NCBI GenBank assembly: GCA_004195715.1
Contig: PSPX01000006.1
Location: 9,524 to 73,523 of the forward strand
Direction of reading: 5' to 3'
Length of the DNA: 64,000 bases
Origin: Methanobacteriota archaeon
GTDB lineage: Archaea; Thermoplasmatota; Poseidoniia; Poseidoniales; Thalassarchaeaceae
A model generated the notes under the pieces. The model saw nothing but the letters and a program-made list of their open reading frames with translations. It ran no database searches and had not been told where the DNA came from. A program made the translations under genes and the position numbers. Below, piece by piece: positions 19,913 through 29,580 of this stretch. Position 1 is the stretch's first letter. Each line of letters opens with the position of its first letter.

Positions 19913-20046
19913 TTACTCACCGTGCGGACCGGCCGTCCTAGAGACCATATTTAATCGTGATGACCATTGATTTGCCACTGCGTGGCAGCATAGGTGCCTG
20001 AGTTGCGCCTCCAAGTATTGAAATCTCGGACTCAGCACGAGGTGTC

Positions 20047-20844
20047 ATGCGCAAGTCCCTGTCGCGCAACCCTAACATGCTGAGGACGATGATTGGGATA
20101 GGTATGGTGCTAATTCTAGTACTGGGATACGCAGTGTATTCGAATACTGTCGACTCTGAGTATTATGGCTATTCGACGACAAATGAGCCTATTATACTGC
20201 AAATGGAAGAAGAAGTAGAAGGGGAGGCGAAGTGGCAGACGACTTCTGATGGGGCATTGACATGGATCAACGTGACTGTATATGGGGTTTCCGTGGGCAA
20301 TACAATCAGAGTCGAAACGTCAGGGGTGGAATGGTATCATTCCCTCCTGTTAGGTGCGCCCGATGCAGATAATTTCAACTGCGGGGAATGGAGTGAGGTA
20401 TCAGAGTCATGTGTACTGGCCAGAGCTCACGAGGTACAAGTCGAGAACGACAATATGACAGTCAGGGGCCTTGTCACGCTGGAGCTTCCTATTGACGGAT
20501 TGGGATATCTGCAGAGTGAAGATTCAGACAGTGCAGAAGCCGAGGCTCTGAGTCTGATTGCAGATAGTCAGGATACAGTGTCATGGAAGGTTTCTGTGCT
20601 GGATGATGATGGGATTGTGAGTTCACAAGGCATCAACCTGACTATGGAGGTCGTCACTCATGAAATTGTATCCGTTAGTGAATTCAAACTAGACCCCATA
20701 CAGGAATCTGTATACAGCTTCGCTACCTTGGTCGGTTGCTTCTCACTATTGCTGGCCCTCCCTTTGATGGTGTACTACTCTGCGATGTACAAAGCCAAGA
20801 GAGATGAGCGTATCAGAGCCGAGGCGCCCGAGCCAGAACAGTGA
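20047..20844 (+). CDS. hypothetical membrane-anchored protein (N-terminal signal/anchor, C-terminal TM)
   Basis: A hydrophobic N-terminal segment 'MIGIGMVLILVLGYAV' and a C-terminal TM 'FATLVGCFSLLLALPLMVYY'. No family was recognised. Confidence 0.4.
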   Translation: MRKSLSRNPNMLRTMIGIGMVLILVLGYAVYSNTVDSEYYGYSTTNEPIILQMEEEVEGEAKWQTTSDGALTWINVTVYGVSVGNTIRVETSGVEWYHSLLLGAPDADNFNCGEWSEVSESCVLARAHEVQVENDNMTVRGLVTLELPIDGLGYLQSEDSDSAEAEALSLIADSQDTVSWKVSVLDDDGIVSSQGINLTMEVVTHEIVSVSEFKLDPIQESVYSFATLVGCFSLLLALPLMVYYSAMYKAKRDERIRAEAPEPEQ

Positions 20845-21321
20845 CTACTCCTCCGAGTCCAAACCCAAACTCGAACTCGGAGGGAGGAGTTTTCCCGATG
20901 GATCATATCTGGACGATACATTCCACTCGCCTTTGAATGATGTTTGCCTGACTATTGCTAGGCCGTCAGATACTAATAGATTCACAGAAGCTTGCAGCCT
21001 CTCATCAACTGGGGCTATTCTTTCATGGAAGGTAGCATCCATCAAGCGGCAAATTTCTCTGAATTGATTAGTTCCATCCATCAGTTCCCAAAGTACTGAA
21101 TTCATATCATCCATAGGTCGGCGGACCTCTTTTGGTGCTCGCAATATTCCAGATATTAGGGCCTCGAATCCAGATAGGGATTTAGGGATTCTAATAACGA
21201 CTTGTCTTCCGGTTACACCGAGTCTTTCGGGATGTGGACCGGGAGGGCCTCTGTGACCCCACCACACAGGAGCTCTGGTAGGAAATGCCTCATCTGTAAT
21301 CAACATCAGAGAAACACCCAT
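20845..21321 (-). CDS. PqqD-like / RiPP-recognition-element-like small protein, possibly starting at the internal Met (about 89 aa)
   Basis: The C-terminal 'MNSVLWELMDGTNQFREICRLMDATF...ERLQASVNLLVSDGLAIVRQ' resembles the PqqD family consensus (N.ta..iWeLlDG.rt..eI...l......v.....D...fl..L...gli). The 69-aa N-terminal extension is unexplained. Confidence 0.4.
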   Translation of the reverse strand: MGVSLMLITDEAFPTRAPVWWGHRGPPGPHPERLGVTGRQVVIRIPKSLSGFEALISGILRAPKEVRRPMDDMNSVLWELMDGTNQFREICRLMDATFHERIAPVDERLQASVNLLVSDGLAIVRQTSFKGEWNVSSRYDPSGKLLPPSSSLGLDSEE

Positions 21322-21482
21322 GCCACCATTGTAAGCATTGAACTGATGCCTATGAGTGCAGACAATCTAACTAGTCCTTCCCTATCAGTGAAATTGCTAA
21401 GGTACCACGTGGAAACGCCTGCAATGGCACAAACCAGTAACAGCACCTCACTGCCTTCCGGCAAATTCTGCAAATCAATCCC

Positions 21483-22031
21483 TCAGCGTTTACTCCTGAG
21501 GTACTCGGCTGAATCGATGAGGGATCGTGCCATATCACGAATCCTTAGATTCAATTTCTCGTCGACTAAATCTCCGTTTTCATCAAAAGCCGAACGGACA
21601 TTGCCTACTGCAACCTGCTCAGGTACGACCCAACCGTGTATCCAACGAACTGAAATCCTCATGTGATTAAGCGTATTCGAATTCGACTGACCTCCGAGTG
21701 TACTCATCAAGGCAAATGACTTGTTGGATGTCTGGTCGTACGACAAGAAATCCAAGTTGTTCTTCATAACTCCGCTCATGGTACCATGATACTCGGGACT
21801 AGAAAGAATGAATGCATCTGATGATAAAGCGGTGTTCTGAAACGACTTAACAGATTCATCATCCCAGCAGCCCTCTTCTCCGACGAACGGTAGAGGACTC
21901 GAATTATCCCATTTCACGCACTCGGCTCCCATAGACTCACAGTGCTTGAATGCTATCTCCAACAATCTACCATTGGCCGAATCAGTTGAGAATGTCCCAC
22001 AAATCCCCATCACTCTAATTGCCTCGGCCAT
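21483..22031 (-). CDS. NAD(P)H-dependent FMN reductase family flavoprotein
   Basis: Flavodoxin-like 'IRVMGICGTFSTDSANGRL...FILSSPEYHGTMSGVMKNNLDFL' pattern of the FMN_red family. Confidence 0.6.
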   Translation of the reverse strand: MAEAIRVMGICGTFSTDSANGRLLEIAFKHCESMGAECVKWDNSSPLPFVGEEGCWDDESVKSFQNTALSSDAFILSSPEYHGTMSGVMKNNLDFLSYDQTSNKSFALMSTLGGQSNSNTLNHMRISVRWIHGWVVPEQVAVGNVRSAFDENGDLVDEKLNLRIRDMARSLIDSAEYLRSKR

Positions 22032-22105
22032 GGGGTTACGAAGACGCGTTACGCCTTGAATGCAAGGGTCAAAGCAGTATCAGGTTCAGAGAATGTTTAA
22101 CCCAT

Positions 22106-23884
22106 ATGCGCCAAGGCGAAAGCGTGGTCAAACCCACCGTAATCGACTTGCTCGAAGAAGCCTCTACCAAGGCATCCTCAGGAGACCTAATGGGAGCCAT
22201 GGAATCATACGGCAGAGCCATCGATATAGATGCGAAGAGTGCATCGGCTTGGTACGGCATGGGAGTCATGCAAGCCAAGCGGGGTAATACGGCAGATGCC
22301 GTATCAGCATTCGACCATGCCCTCGATTTGAATCCGGACCATGCCCCAACTAATGCTAACCTAGCGGTACTGCTTGAAGGTTCAGATCCAGTTAGAGCTT
22401 CCGAATTAGCAAGAAGGGCGCTTCTGACTATATCTGATTTGGAGGACTTAGATAGAATAGCCGCCATGCACCCAGTTGATGATCCTCCTCTACTGATTTC
22501 CAAAGTTACTGTAGAAGAAGAAATTATCGAAGAGGCTCCGATGCTTGAGTCCAACCCAGTTGATGAAGAGCCGCCCCTGCTGCAATCAACCGCAGTACTC
22601 CGGGACATCGAAGAAGTTCTTTCCGAGGCTCGTATACACCTTCAAAGCGGAACTTTTCAAGAAGCTCTCGATTCTATTCAGCCGCGTTTGGAAGGGGATG
22701 CCTCATCCAACCACGAACTCTGGTCAATATGCGGAGTCTGTCTCTCTCAATTGGGACATGACGAAGACGCGATACAAGCCATAGAATACGCCATATCTAT
22801 CGGTGAAGACGAGGCTAAGATGCATTTCAATCTCGCGCAGTTGCTACGAAAATCCGGACGTGTGGAAGAAGCTATGCAATCACTCGCGAACGCACTGCTA
22901 TCTGATCCTGCCCATATCAACAGCCTTGTGGCCAGAGGTGAGATTTTTGCAGATAGGGGAGAATACGATATAGCTGTGCAGAATTGGCGTCGAGTTGTTA
23001 CGATAGATCCTGAGAATTCGATAAATAATCGGTTGGTAGAATTAGAGGAGAAGGAATCTCAAAAACTCGATGATTTGAGTTCGGAAGTAAAGTTAGAGGT
23101 AGATGAGATCAGAGATGACGAGCAAGTCGAGCCATCCTTTGTAGAAACCAAGTCATACAAGATAACGAAAGCTCAAGAATTGACTGAAAGCGGAGAACAC
23201 GTAGCCGCAGTAAATGCTTGGAAGGAATTGCTCGAAGAAGATAACCAATCTGCGCAGATATGGCATGGTCTGGCTGATGCGCTGTCGGTGGCAGGACATG
23301 TAGACAGAGCTCAACAGTGCCGACAGAGGGCAAGTTTTCTCGAACGGGGAGAGCAGCGTGCTTTACTCGAGACTGACGCAGAGACAGAGGCTGATCTGAT
23401 TGAGGCGGCTATTGAGGCTGAGCGGATTGGCTCACGTCTACCGCCCAGTGAAGAGGAGAGTGTGAATGTCTGCATCGAGTGGTACAATAAGGGCTTGAAT
23501 ATGCTGACCGAGGAGAACGGGTTGGAGGCACTGAATTGTTTCGAGAGGGCAATCGGAGGGGCGCCTAGAGAGGAACGGGAGTTGAGGATTAGAGCTCAGA
23601 ACGGTAGAGGGCACGCACTGTACCAATTGACTAGGTATCCTGAGAGCATACAAGCATACCACGCTGCGATCTCTATGGATCCCGCAGGAGTTACTGGAAG
23701 ATCCCTATACAACATGGGGTCATCATATGCTGCCGTCGAATTGTACTCAGATGCCATCAAGTGCTTCGAACAGGCCCTTGGTAGGGGCCTCGATACGGAT
23801 GATACTGCTGTATGTAAGACTCAAATCAACCGCTGCAGATTGTTACACAAAGAGCAGCAGAAGCGTCAGCGTCAGGAAGCCTGA
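22106..23884 (+). CDS. TPR-repeat protein
   Basis: Multiple 34-aa TPR-like units ('SAWYGMGVMQAKRGNTADAVSAFDHALDLNPDHA', etc.). The start was chosen at an internal Met to avoid overlap with the FMN reductase. Confidence 0.55.
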   Translation: MRQGESVVKPTVIDLLEEASTKASSGDLMGAMESYGRAIDIDAKSASAWYGMGVMQAKRGNTADAVSAFDHALDLNPDHAPTNANLAVLLEGSDPVRASELARRALLTISDLEDLDRIAAMHPVDDPPLLISKVTVEEEIIEEAPMLESNPVDEEPPLLQSTAVLRDIEEVLSEARIHLQSGTFQEALDSIQPRLEGDASSNHELWSICGVCLSQLGHDEDAIQAIEYAISIGEDEAKMHFNLAQLLRKSGRVEEAMQSLANALLSDPAHINSLVARGEIFADRGEYDIAVQNWRRVVTIDPENSINNRLVELEEKESQKLDDLSSEVKLEVDEIRDDEQVEPSFVETKSYKITKAQELTESGEHVAAVNAWKELLEEDNQSAQIWHGLADALSVAGHVDRAQQCRQRASFLERGEQRALLETDAETEADLIEAAIEAERIGSRLPPSEEESVNVCIEWYNKGLNMLTEENGLEALNCFERAIGGAPREERELRIRAQNGRGHALYQLTRYPESIQAYHAAISMDPAGVTGRSLYNMGSSYAAVELYSDAIKCFEQALGRGLDTDDTAVCKTQINRCRLLHKEQQKRQRQEA

Positions 23885-26187
23885 CGCAACTGCTTCCTCC
23901 AAAATCTCATCTTACTCCTAGAGGGCACAACGCTGACGCTGACTGATTTACTGGTCGGCGTATTACTCCCTTCGGCAACACTACCAAGAGGTATCAGGGA
24001 GTTGGCTTCAGGGAAGTACGTTGCCACATTACCCCGTGGAATGTCGTACTGCACTACTCGCCATAATTCTGAATTCCTAGTTGTCCCATCGAAGTGAGAA
24101 GAGATGTCTACCATGCTACCTTGGGAAATCCCTGTATCCTGCATGTCTTCACCGTTCATCAAGACGACTCTGCGGGCATTCTTAATCCCTCGATATCTAT
24201 CATCCAAGCCGTATACGGTTGTGTTGTACTGGTCATGTGATCTGATTGTCATCATGATGAATTGGCCGGGTGGGGCGGAGGCCCGAGTAATCGGATGCAC
24301 TCTAAAATTGGCCCTTCCTGAATCAGTGTTGAAGGTCCTACCGTCGCGTGGTGCGTTCGGGAGATAGAATCCAGCATCCAGCTTAATTCGGTCATTATAC
24401 GACTCGAATCCAGGTACAGTAGACTCGATGAGATTCCTGATTAGACCGTAATCCTCAGATAATTCGTGCCAGAGTATTCCTGAATTACCTATGCGGGTTT
24501 CCAAGGCGGAGGCAATGCCCGAAACGATGGCGGGTTCAGAACGTAGTTTTTCAGAGGCAGGCTTAGCGGAACCCTTGGAGGCATGCACCACTCCCATCGA
24601 ATTCTCCACCGATACAGATTGATAAATTCCATTAGACGACAAATCCCTCTCTGATCTGCCAAGACACGGTAGTATCAGTGCCGTACGACCAGTAACCAAG
24701 TGAGAACGATTAGGTTTGGTGGAGATTTGTACTGTTAGACTGCATTGCTCTATAGCCCCGGAAGTGGCTGCAGTGTCTGACATAGCTGAAACGAAATTGC
24801 CTCCCATTGACAGGAAGACACTGGCCTTGCTATCGTTCATTGCCAACACGGAATTCACAGCGTCGAGGCCGGGTTTGTTTGGAGGATTGATGCCGATAGA
24901 ACTGCGGATTGAATCCAAGAATCCCGCAGAAGGATTGTGATTAATTCCTACAGTGCGATCGCCCTGTACGTTAGAATGGCCCCTTACTGGGCACACTCCT
25001 GCACCGGGCCTCCCTATGTGGCCACCAAGAAGAAGTACGTTCATGATCTCCTGTATAGTTGCTACCGAATTGCGATGCTGGGTCAGGCCCATTGCCCAGC
25101 AGACGATGGTAGATTTAGATTCACGCACCGCTCTACCAAGATACTCTATCTCCTGACGAGATACGCCCGCAGAATCTGAGATATCTGACCACTTCGAGCT
25201 CCTCACAGATTTTTTGTAGTCCTCGAATCCATGAGTATAGTCGGCGATAAAATCCATGTCGACTTCGCCCCCTGATATGATGAGTTTAGCTAGCCCCCTG
25301 AAGAGTGCCAAGTCGCCATTCACTGCCACAGGGACGTGCAAGTCTGCAATTGAGGTGCCTGAACCGAGCATTTCTAGGAGGTCCTGAGGATGTTTGAACT
25401 TCCTCATACCTGTCTCGAGCAGTGGATTGATGCTGACTATCGAGGCTCCTGCTCGCTTGGCATCCCTTAGAGCTGTGAGCATGCGAGGGTGATTTGTACC
25501 TGGATTCTGCCCGACCACAAGAATCAGGTCGGCCTTGGTGAAGTCATCCAATGTGACTGTGCCTTTACCTATGCCAATAGAGTCGCCCAACGCGACACCA
25601 GAGGACTCATGGCACATGTTAGAGCAATCGGGGAGGTTGTTGGTACCAAATCTCCTAGCGAGCAACTGCCACAGGAAGGCTGCCTCGTTACTGGTTCTAC
25701 CAGAGGTGTAGAATATCGCTTGGTCTGGATCCTTTAGCGAAGACAGCTCTTCTGCAATCAACTGGAAAGCATCTTCCCATGATATCTCCTCGTAATTGTC
25801 TGATTGTGGATGCAGGATCATCGGGTGCGTCAGTCTGCCTTGTGAGTTCAGCCATCTATCTGACTTCCTAGATAGATTGGCGACTGTCCAGCGGGACCAG
25901 AATGATGGATCTGCCCGTTCCCTCGTACCCTCGTCGGCGACAGCTTTGGCCCCGTTCTCGCAAAATTCGAAGTGAGTCCGATGGTCATCCGGATCTGGCC
26001 ACGCACATCCGGGACAATCGAAGCCATCGAAACGATTTACCTTGGAGAGGTTGGAAATGGATTTTATTACCCCCATACGACTCAGTCCGTGATACATCGT
26101 CGATACCACCGCTGGAATTCCAGCCGCCACTTGCTTCGGAGACGATATCTTCGGAGACTTCTCTTTGACCGGAGTCAGGTGCTCGAC
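23872..26187 (-). CDS. molybdopterin-dependent oxidoreductase, YdeP/FdhF-like (formate dehydrogenase H family)
   Basis: 'GFDCPGCAWPDP', a Cys-containing 'CSNMCHESSG' region, and molybdopterin dinucleotide-binding architecture of about 770 aa. The start is uncertain. Confidence 0.7.
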   Translation of the reverse strand, partial: VEHLTPVKEKSPKISSPKQVAAGIPAVVSTMYHGLSRMGVIKSISNLSKVNRFDGFDCPGCAWPDPDDHRTHFEFCENGAKAVADEGTRERADPSFWSRWTVANLSRKSDRWLNSQGRLTHPMILHPQSDNYEEISWEDAFQLIAEELSSLKDPDQAIFYTSGRTSNEAAFLWQLLARRFGTNNLPDCSNMCHESSGVALGDSIGIGKGTVTLDDFTKADLILVVGQNPGTNHPRMLTALRDAKRAGASIVSINPLLETGMRKFKHPQDLLEMLGSGTSIADLHVPVAVNGDLALFRGLAKLIISGGEVDMDFIADYTHGFEDYKKSVRSSKWSDISDSAGVSRQEIEYLGRAVRESKSTIVCWAMGLTQHRNSVATIQEIMNVLLLGGHIGRPGAGVCPVRGHSNVQGDRTVGINHNPSAGFLDSIRSSIGINPPNKPGLDAVNSVLAMNDSKASVFLSMGGNFVSAMSDTAATSGAIEQCSLTVQISTKPNRSHLVTGRTALILPCLGRSERDLSSNGIYQSVSVENSMGVVHASKGSAKPASEKLRSEPAIVSGIASALETRIGNSGILWHELSEDYGLIRNLIESTVPGFESYNDRIKLDAGFYLPNAPRDGRTFNTDSGRANFRVHPITRASAPPGQFIMMTIRSHDQYNTTVYGLDDRYRGIKNARRVVLMNGEDMQDTGISQGSMVDISSHFDGTTRNSELWRVVQYDIPRGNVATYFPEANSLIPLGSVAEGSNTPTSKSVSVSVVPSRSKMRFWRKQLRQAS

Positions 26188-26224
26188 CTTCTTGCTCACG
26201 CCACTCGGACGCAGGTCGCTTACA

Positions 26225-27058
26225 TCAGGGTCTCGCTGTGTGACCGGCAGATTGTGGCATCTCGACCCTGCCACTGCCGCTGAACACAGTCATTCTGGTT
26301 TCAGCGGCGAACGAAATCAATGTCATACCGTGCTCATTTGCCATATCTACGGCAAGGCTGCTGGGAGCTCCAACTGAGATGAATACAGGGAACCCTGCTC
26401 TGAGAGCCTTCTGCACTAATTCGAAGGATGCTCTGCCTGATACCACCACCATTTCCTCCGTAATCGGGATCTGTCCAAATTTGACTGCGTTGCCGATGAG
26501 TTTGTCCATTGCATTATGGCGGCCGATATCCTCATGAGCATCAATAACTATCCCTCCACGTAGTACTCTGGCACAGGCGTGGGTCCCTCCTGTAAGCTTG
26601 AATGCATCCTGATGTTTACCGAGATTCGTCACGGCGTTAGAGACATCCTGTTGATTAACTTTGAATGACTCACTGAGAGGGTGTCCATGGACATGCAGAA
26701 GATTCGAAATCGAATCCTTACCGCAGATACCACATGATGAGGTGATGGTCGACCTTCTGACATGCTCATTGGGTTCAAAATTTGCATCTCCAGTCAGATG
26801 GGCAGTTATGGTGTCCTCCGTCGCATTCACTTCCGTGACATGATCTATCGAGTCTATGATTCCCTCAGAATGTAGATACCCCAGTATCAATAGCTCGTCC
26901 TGACCCGGAGTCCTCATTGTCAACCCTAAGGACTGCTCGTCCATTCCTAGGATAGATACTGCCATGGATAATGCCGCCTCAACAGAGACGATGTCAGGCT
27001 CGCGCGTACTCCGACCGGATACGAGTCTGACTACTGGCTTCTCCTCTGTGCCTTCCAC
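26225..27058 (-). CDS. fdhD: formate dehydrogenase accessory sulfurtransferase FdhD
   Basis: 'SSCGICGKDSI' and 'GRHNAMDKLIG' FdhD signatures. The start is uncertain; a GTG at 27058 was chosen so that the divergent iscA promoter region stays free. Confidence 0.7.
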   Translation of the reverse strand: MEGTEEKPVVRLVSGRSTREPDIVSVEAALSMAVSILGMDEQSLGLTMRTPGQDELLILGYLHSEGIIDSIDHVTEVNATEDTITAHLTGDANFEPNEHVRRSTITSSCGICGKDSISNLLHVHGHPLSESFKVNQQDVSNAVTNLGKHQDAFKLTGGTHACARVLRGGIVIDAHEDIGRHNAMDKLIGNAVKFGQIPITEEMVVVSGRASFELVQKALRAGFPVFISVGAPSSLAVDMANEHGMTLISFAAETRMTVFSGSGRVEMPQSAGHTARP

Positions 27059-27146
27059 GCTCCGCGTATCGCGTTCATCGTATTGGGTTATGGCTTGAGT
27101 GAGATGGTTTCCGCAACCGTTGAAATACCCCTGTCGACAGGCGGGT

Positions 27147-27536
27147 ACCATGGGAATACTCGGAGGTGAGGGGTTCAGTCTACCCGTTGTTACTTCTACT
27201 GAAGTTGTTGACGTGCAGATTGAGTTCACCGAACCTGCCAAGCAGGCAATGAAATCCACCATGGGCGGAGACGGGACTACGCATGTGGTAATCATCAGCG
27301 CCGAATCAGGGGGATGTTCTGGATATATGTACGACATGCAGATAGTCGAAGACCCTAATGACGATTCTTTCCAGCGTATGGACGTCGGTGGTTTGACAGT
27401 GCTCGTCCACAATAAGGACAGCGAAATGCTTAGTGGTATCCGCGTAGATTACAAAGACACACTTATGGGTGGCGGGTTTCAAATCGACAATCCTAACGCG
27501 GACCGTTCTTGCGGTTGCGGCCAGTCATTCGGTTGA
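27147..27536 (+). CDS. HesB/IscA/ErpA-family iron-sulfur cluster insertion protein
   Basis: 'GGCSGYMY...FQIDNPNADRSCGCGQSF' is the C-terminal signature of A-type carriers. Confidence 0.75.
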   Translation, partial: TMGILGGEGFSLPVVTSTEVVDVQIEFTEPAKQAMKSTMGGDGTTHVVIISAESGGCSGYMYDMQIVEDPNDDSFQRMDVGGLTVLVHNKDSEMLSGIRVDYKDTLMGGGFQIDNPNADRSCGCGQSFG

Positions 27537-27540
27537 GCGC

Positions 27541-28452
27541 ATGCCACCACTGGATCTACATCCTGTTGCGGAGGTAATACCTTCTCCATGTAGTGTCAGT
27601 GTACTCAAGGGAGATACCGCCATAGTACACCTGAATAGAACATTGACTGTAAAAACTTCAGAAATTCAATTCAGTGACAGAGTGGACGGATTGCTTTGCA
27701 ACGCCAACGGACGAATTCTGGATAGGCTGATGGTCTGCAACCTCGGAGAAGAGATCCTCCTTATTGGCAATCACGGGGTCGGTGACAACACACGCGAGAA
27801 CCTCATCCAAGGAATTCCTTGGGATGAGGAAATCACAGTGATGAACGGTGATGCAGCAATCACTCATCTGAGACTTGTTGGCAGGGCTGTTAACAGGTGT
27901 CTCGCAGGACTCGGTATAGATCCATTGGAAATCAGTGAAAACCGGTGGATCGAATACGGGAGTGCTTTAGTTTCGCGCACTGAATATAGTGAGTCGTCAG
28001 TAATCGAAATCCTAGTGCCATCGGCAGAGCTTGTTGCCTTCACCGCCCTATTACATGAAAACGGTGCCATATCATCAGATAGAAACAGATGTGAAAGTCT
28101 CCGTATAGAGCTCGGAATACTCGATCACAGGGAGATGAATTCAGCATTCCTACCCTTTGAACTGGGCCTGGGACACATGGTCAACCTCAACAAGGGATGC
28201 TATCCAGGGCAGGAGATTCATGCTAGAATGGACAGTCGGGGAAAGGCTTCTCGCGGTATTGTGAGACTGCATCTGCCTTCTGACGTGACCGTTGGAAAGC
28301 ACAAGGTGGCCGGGGTAGGCAACATCACAGTCACAGCATCTGCAAAAGCGTTCGAAGGATCCGTGGCCCTTGCCGTAGTGCCTCTTCCGGCAATTGCTCT
28401 TGAAGAGTTGGAACTGGGAGACGGTTTGATTGCGGCAATGCAGTCACTCTGA
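27541..28452 (+). CDS. ygfZ: YgfZ/CAF17-family folate-binding protein (Fe-S cluster repair/assembly factor)
   Basis: The 'NKGCYPGQE' (KGC[YF]xGQE) motif is diagnostic of the YgfZ/GcvT-like family. The gene sits directly after iscA. Confidence 0.7.
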   Translation: MPPLDLHPVAEVIPSPCSVSVLKGDTAIVHLNRTLTVKTSEIQFSDRVDGLLCNANGRILDRLMVCNLGEEILLIGNHGVGDNTRENLIQGIPWDEEITVMNGDAAITHLRLVGRAVNRCLAGLGIDPLEISENRWIEYGSALVSRTEYSESSVIEILVPSAELVAFTALLHENGAISSDRNRCESLRIELGILDHREMNSAFLPFELGLGHMVNLNKGCYPGQEIHARMDSRGKASRGIVRLHLPSDVTVGKHKVAGVGNITVTASAKAFEGSVALAVVPLPAIALEELELGDGLIAAMQSL

Positions 28453-29520
28453 CTCAATACTATCAAATTTGAATATCTCCCCTTTGTCCACCCACTCCGA
28501 CAAGGGCATTAGAGGTGAGAGCCGCAACGTTCCTAGATTTCTGGTGAATAGATACACTGTGGGGTCATACTCCTCAACCATCTGCATTTGAAACGCCTTC
28601 CTGACTCCTTTACCTCTAGAGTGGAAAAAACTCAATTCCACAATTACTCCGATGATGGTTGCAGTATAGAGAACCAGTAGTACACTCAATGAGAATACCA
28701 CGGGGTCACCAAACAACTCATTCGACCGGAATTGACTGCCGTAAAGCAATTGCCGGGTAATCAGGAAAACTAGGCCTACACCGACAAGGGGACCTAGGGC
28801 GTCCTCCACAAAGGTGTCCATGGGGATCAATCGTCGTTTGGTTGGGTCAGCAAACACAAGGGCGTTCGCAGTAGCGGCCCTGATTACGGATGTAATAGAT
28901 ACCAACACTATGTAGACCGTTCCACTGACTAGAAAAATCTCTCGGGATCCTAAAGGAAGATAGAGTACTACGAGATATGCGAATAGTCCTAGGAAGACGG
29001 TGATTGGGAGTCTGTGCACTGAAGTCAGAACTCGGTCTAGTTGCTTGGCTCCGTCATCTAAGCGCGGTATCCCAATGATTTCCCATCGTGTAATACTCTG
29101 AAGCAGCTTAGCAGATTTGGCAAGCGCTCTCTTGTCTATCATAATCCATTCAATCGCCCTCAGCACAGGCATCAGAGGGATTGCAATTACTGCCGCGAAA
29201 AGACCAAGCACGGGCCAGACAATCAGACTTGGGAGCAGCAGGAAGTGCTGGATTCTTAGAGGATGAAACAAATTAGATTCTATTCTAGCTTGTCTCTCGG
29301 GGTCTATCATGAATCTACGCGCCTCGGCATCCAATTCTGCTCTGTACCTGCGCAGTGGAATACCAGCATCCAACACACTGCGAACTTTCTCCATGTAGTG
29401 CTCGTGCTCCGGTTCGGAGCCGACCCACCACTTCCAACCCACGGATAGTGGAAGGGCCAGAATCAAGGGAGATAATAGAATGAGAGTTGAGGTTACCAAT
29501 GCCTCGGAAGTTGCAACCAC
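28444..29520 (-). CDS. hypothetical polytopic membrane protein
   Basis: Several hydrophobic helices are present; no family was recognised. Confidence 0.4.
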   Translation of the reverse strand: MVATSEALVTSTLILLSPLILALPLSVGWKWWVGSEPEHEHYMEKVRSVLDAGIPLRRYRAELDAEARRFMIDPERQARIESNLFHPLRIQHFLLLPSLIVWPVLGLFAAVIAIPLMPVLRAIEWIMIDKRALAKSAKLLQSITRWEIIGIPRLDDGAKQLDRVLTSVHRLPITVFLGLFAYLVVLYLPLGSREIFLVSGTVYIVLVSITSVIRAATANALVFADPTKRRLIPMDTFVEDALGPLVGVGLVFLITRQLLYGSQFRSNELFGDPVVFSLSVLLVLYTATIIGVIVELSFFHSRGKGVRKAFQMQMVEEYDPTVYLFTRNLGTLRLSPLMPLSEWVDKGEIFKFDSIESE

Positions 29521-29580
29521 GCCTCGTGGTCGTCATTCCCCCCAATAACCAAGCGGTGCCAGAAGAGGTGGTGAGCAGAA

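Noticed and set aside
21322-21482. Cys-rich 30-60 codon frames (LICRICRKAVRCCYWFVPLQAF... and a hydrophobic LQNLPEGSEVLLLVCAIAG...) between the FMN reductase and the PqqD-like gene that could pass for a RiPP precursor.
   Set aside because: Neither has an ATG or an obvious ribosome-binding context. One is just an out-of-frame continuation of the FMN reductase 3' end. They are not supportable without conservation data.
22069-22608. A 179-aa Ser-rich antisense ORF inside the TPR gene, and similar antisense frames (9398..9766, 30358..30984, 63532..63978).
   Set aside because: They overlap confidently assigned genes on the opposite strand and have low-complexity composition. They are shadow ORFs.
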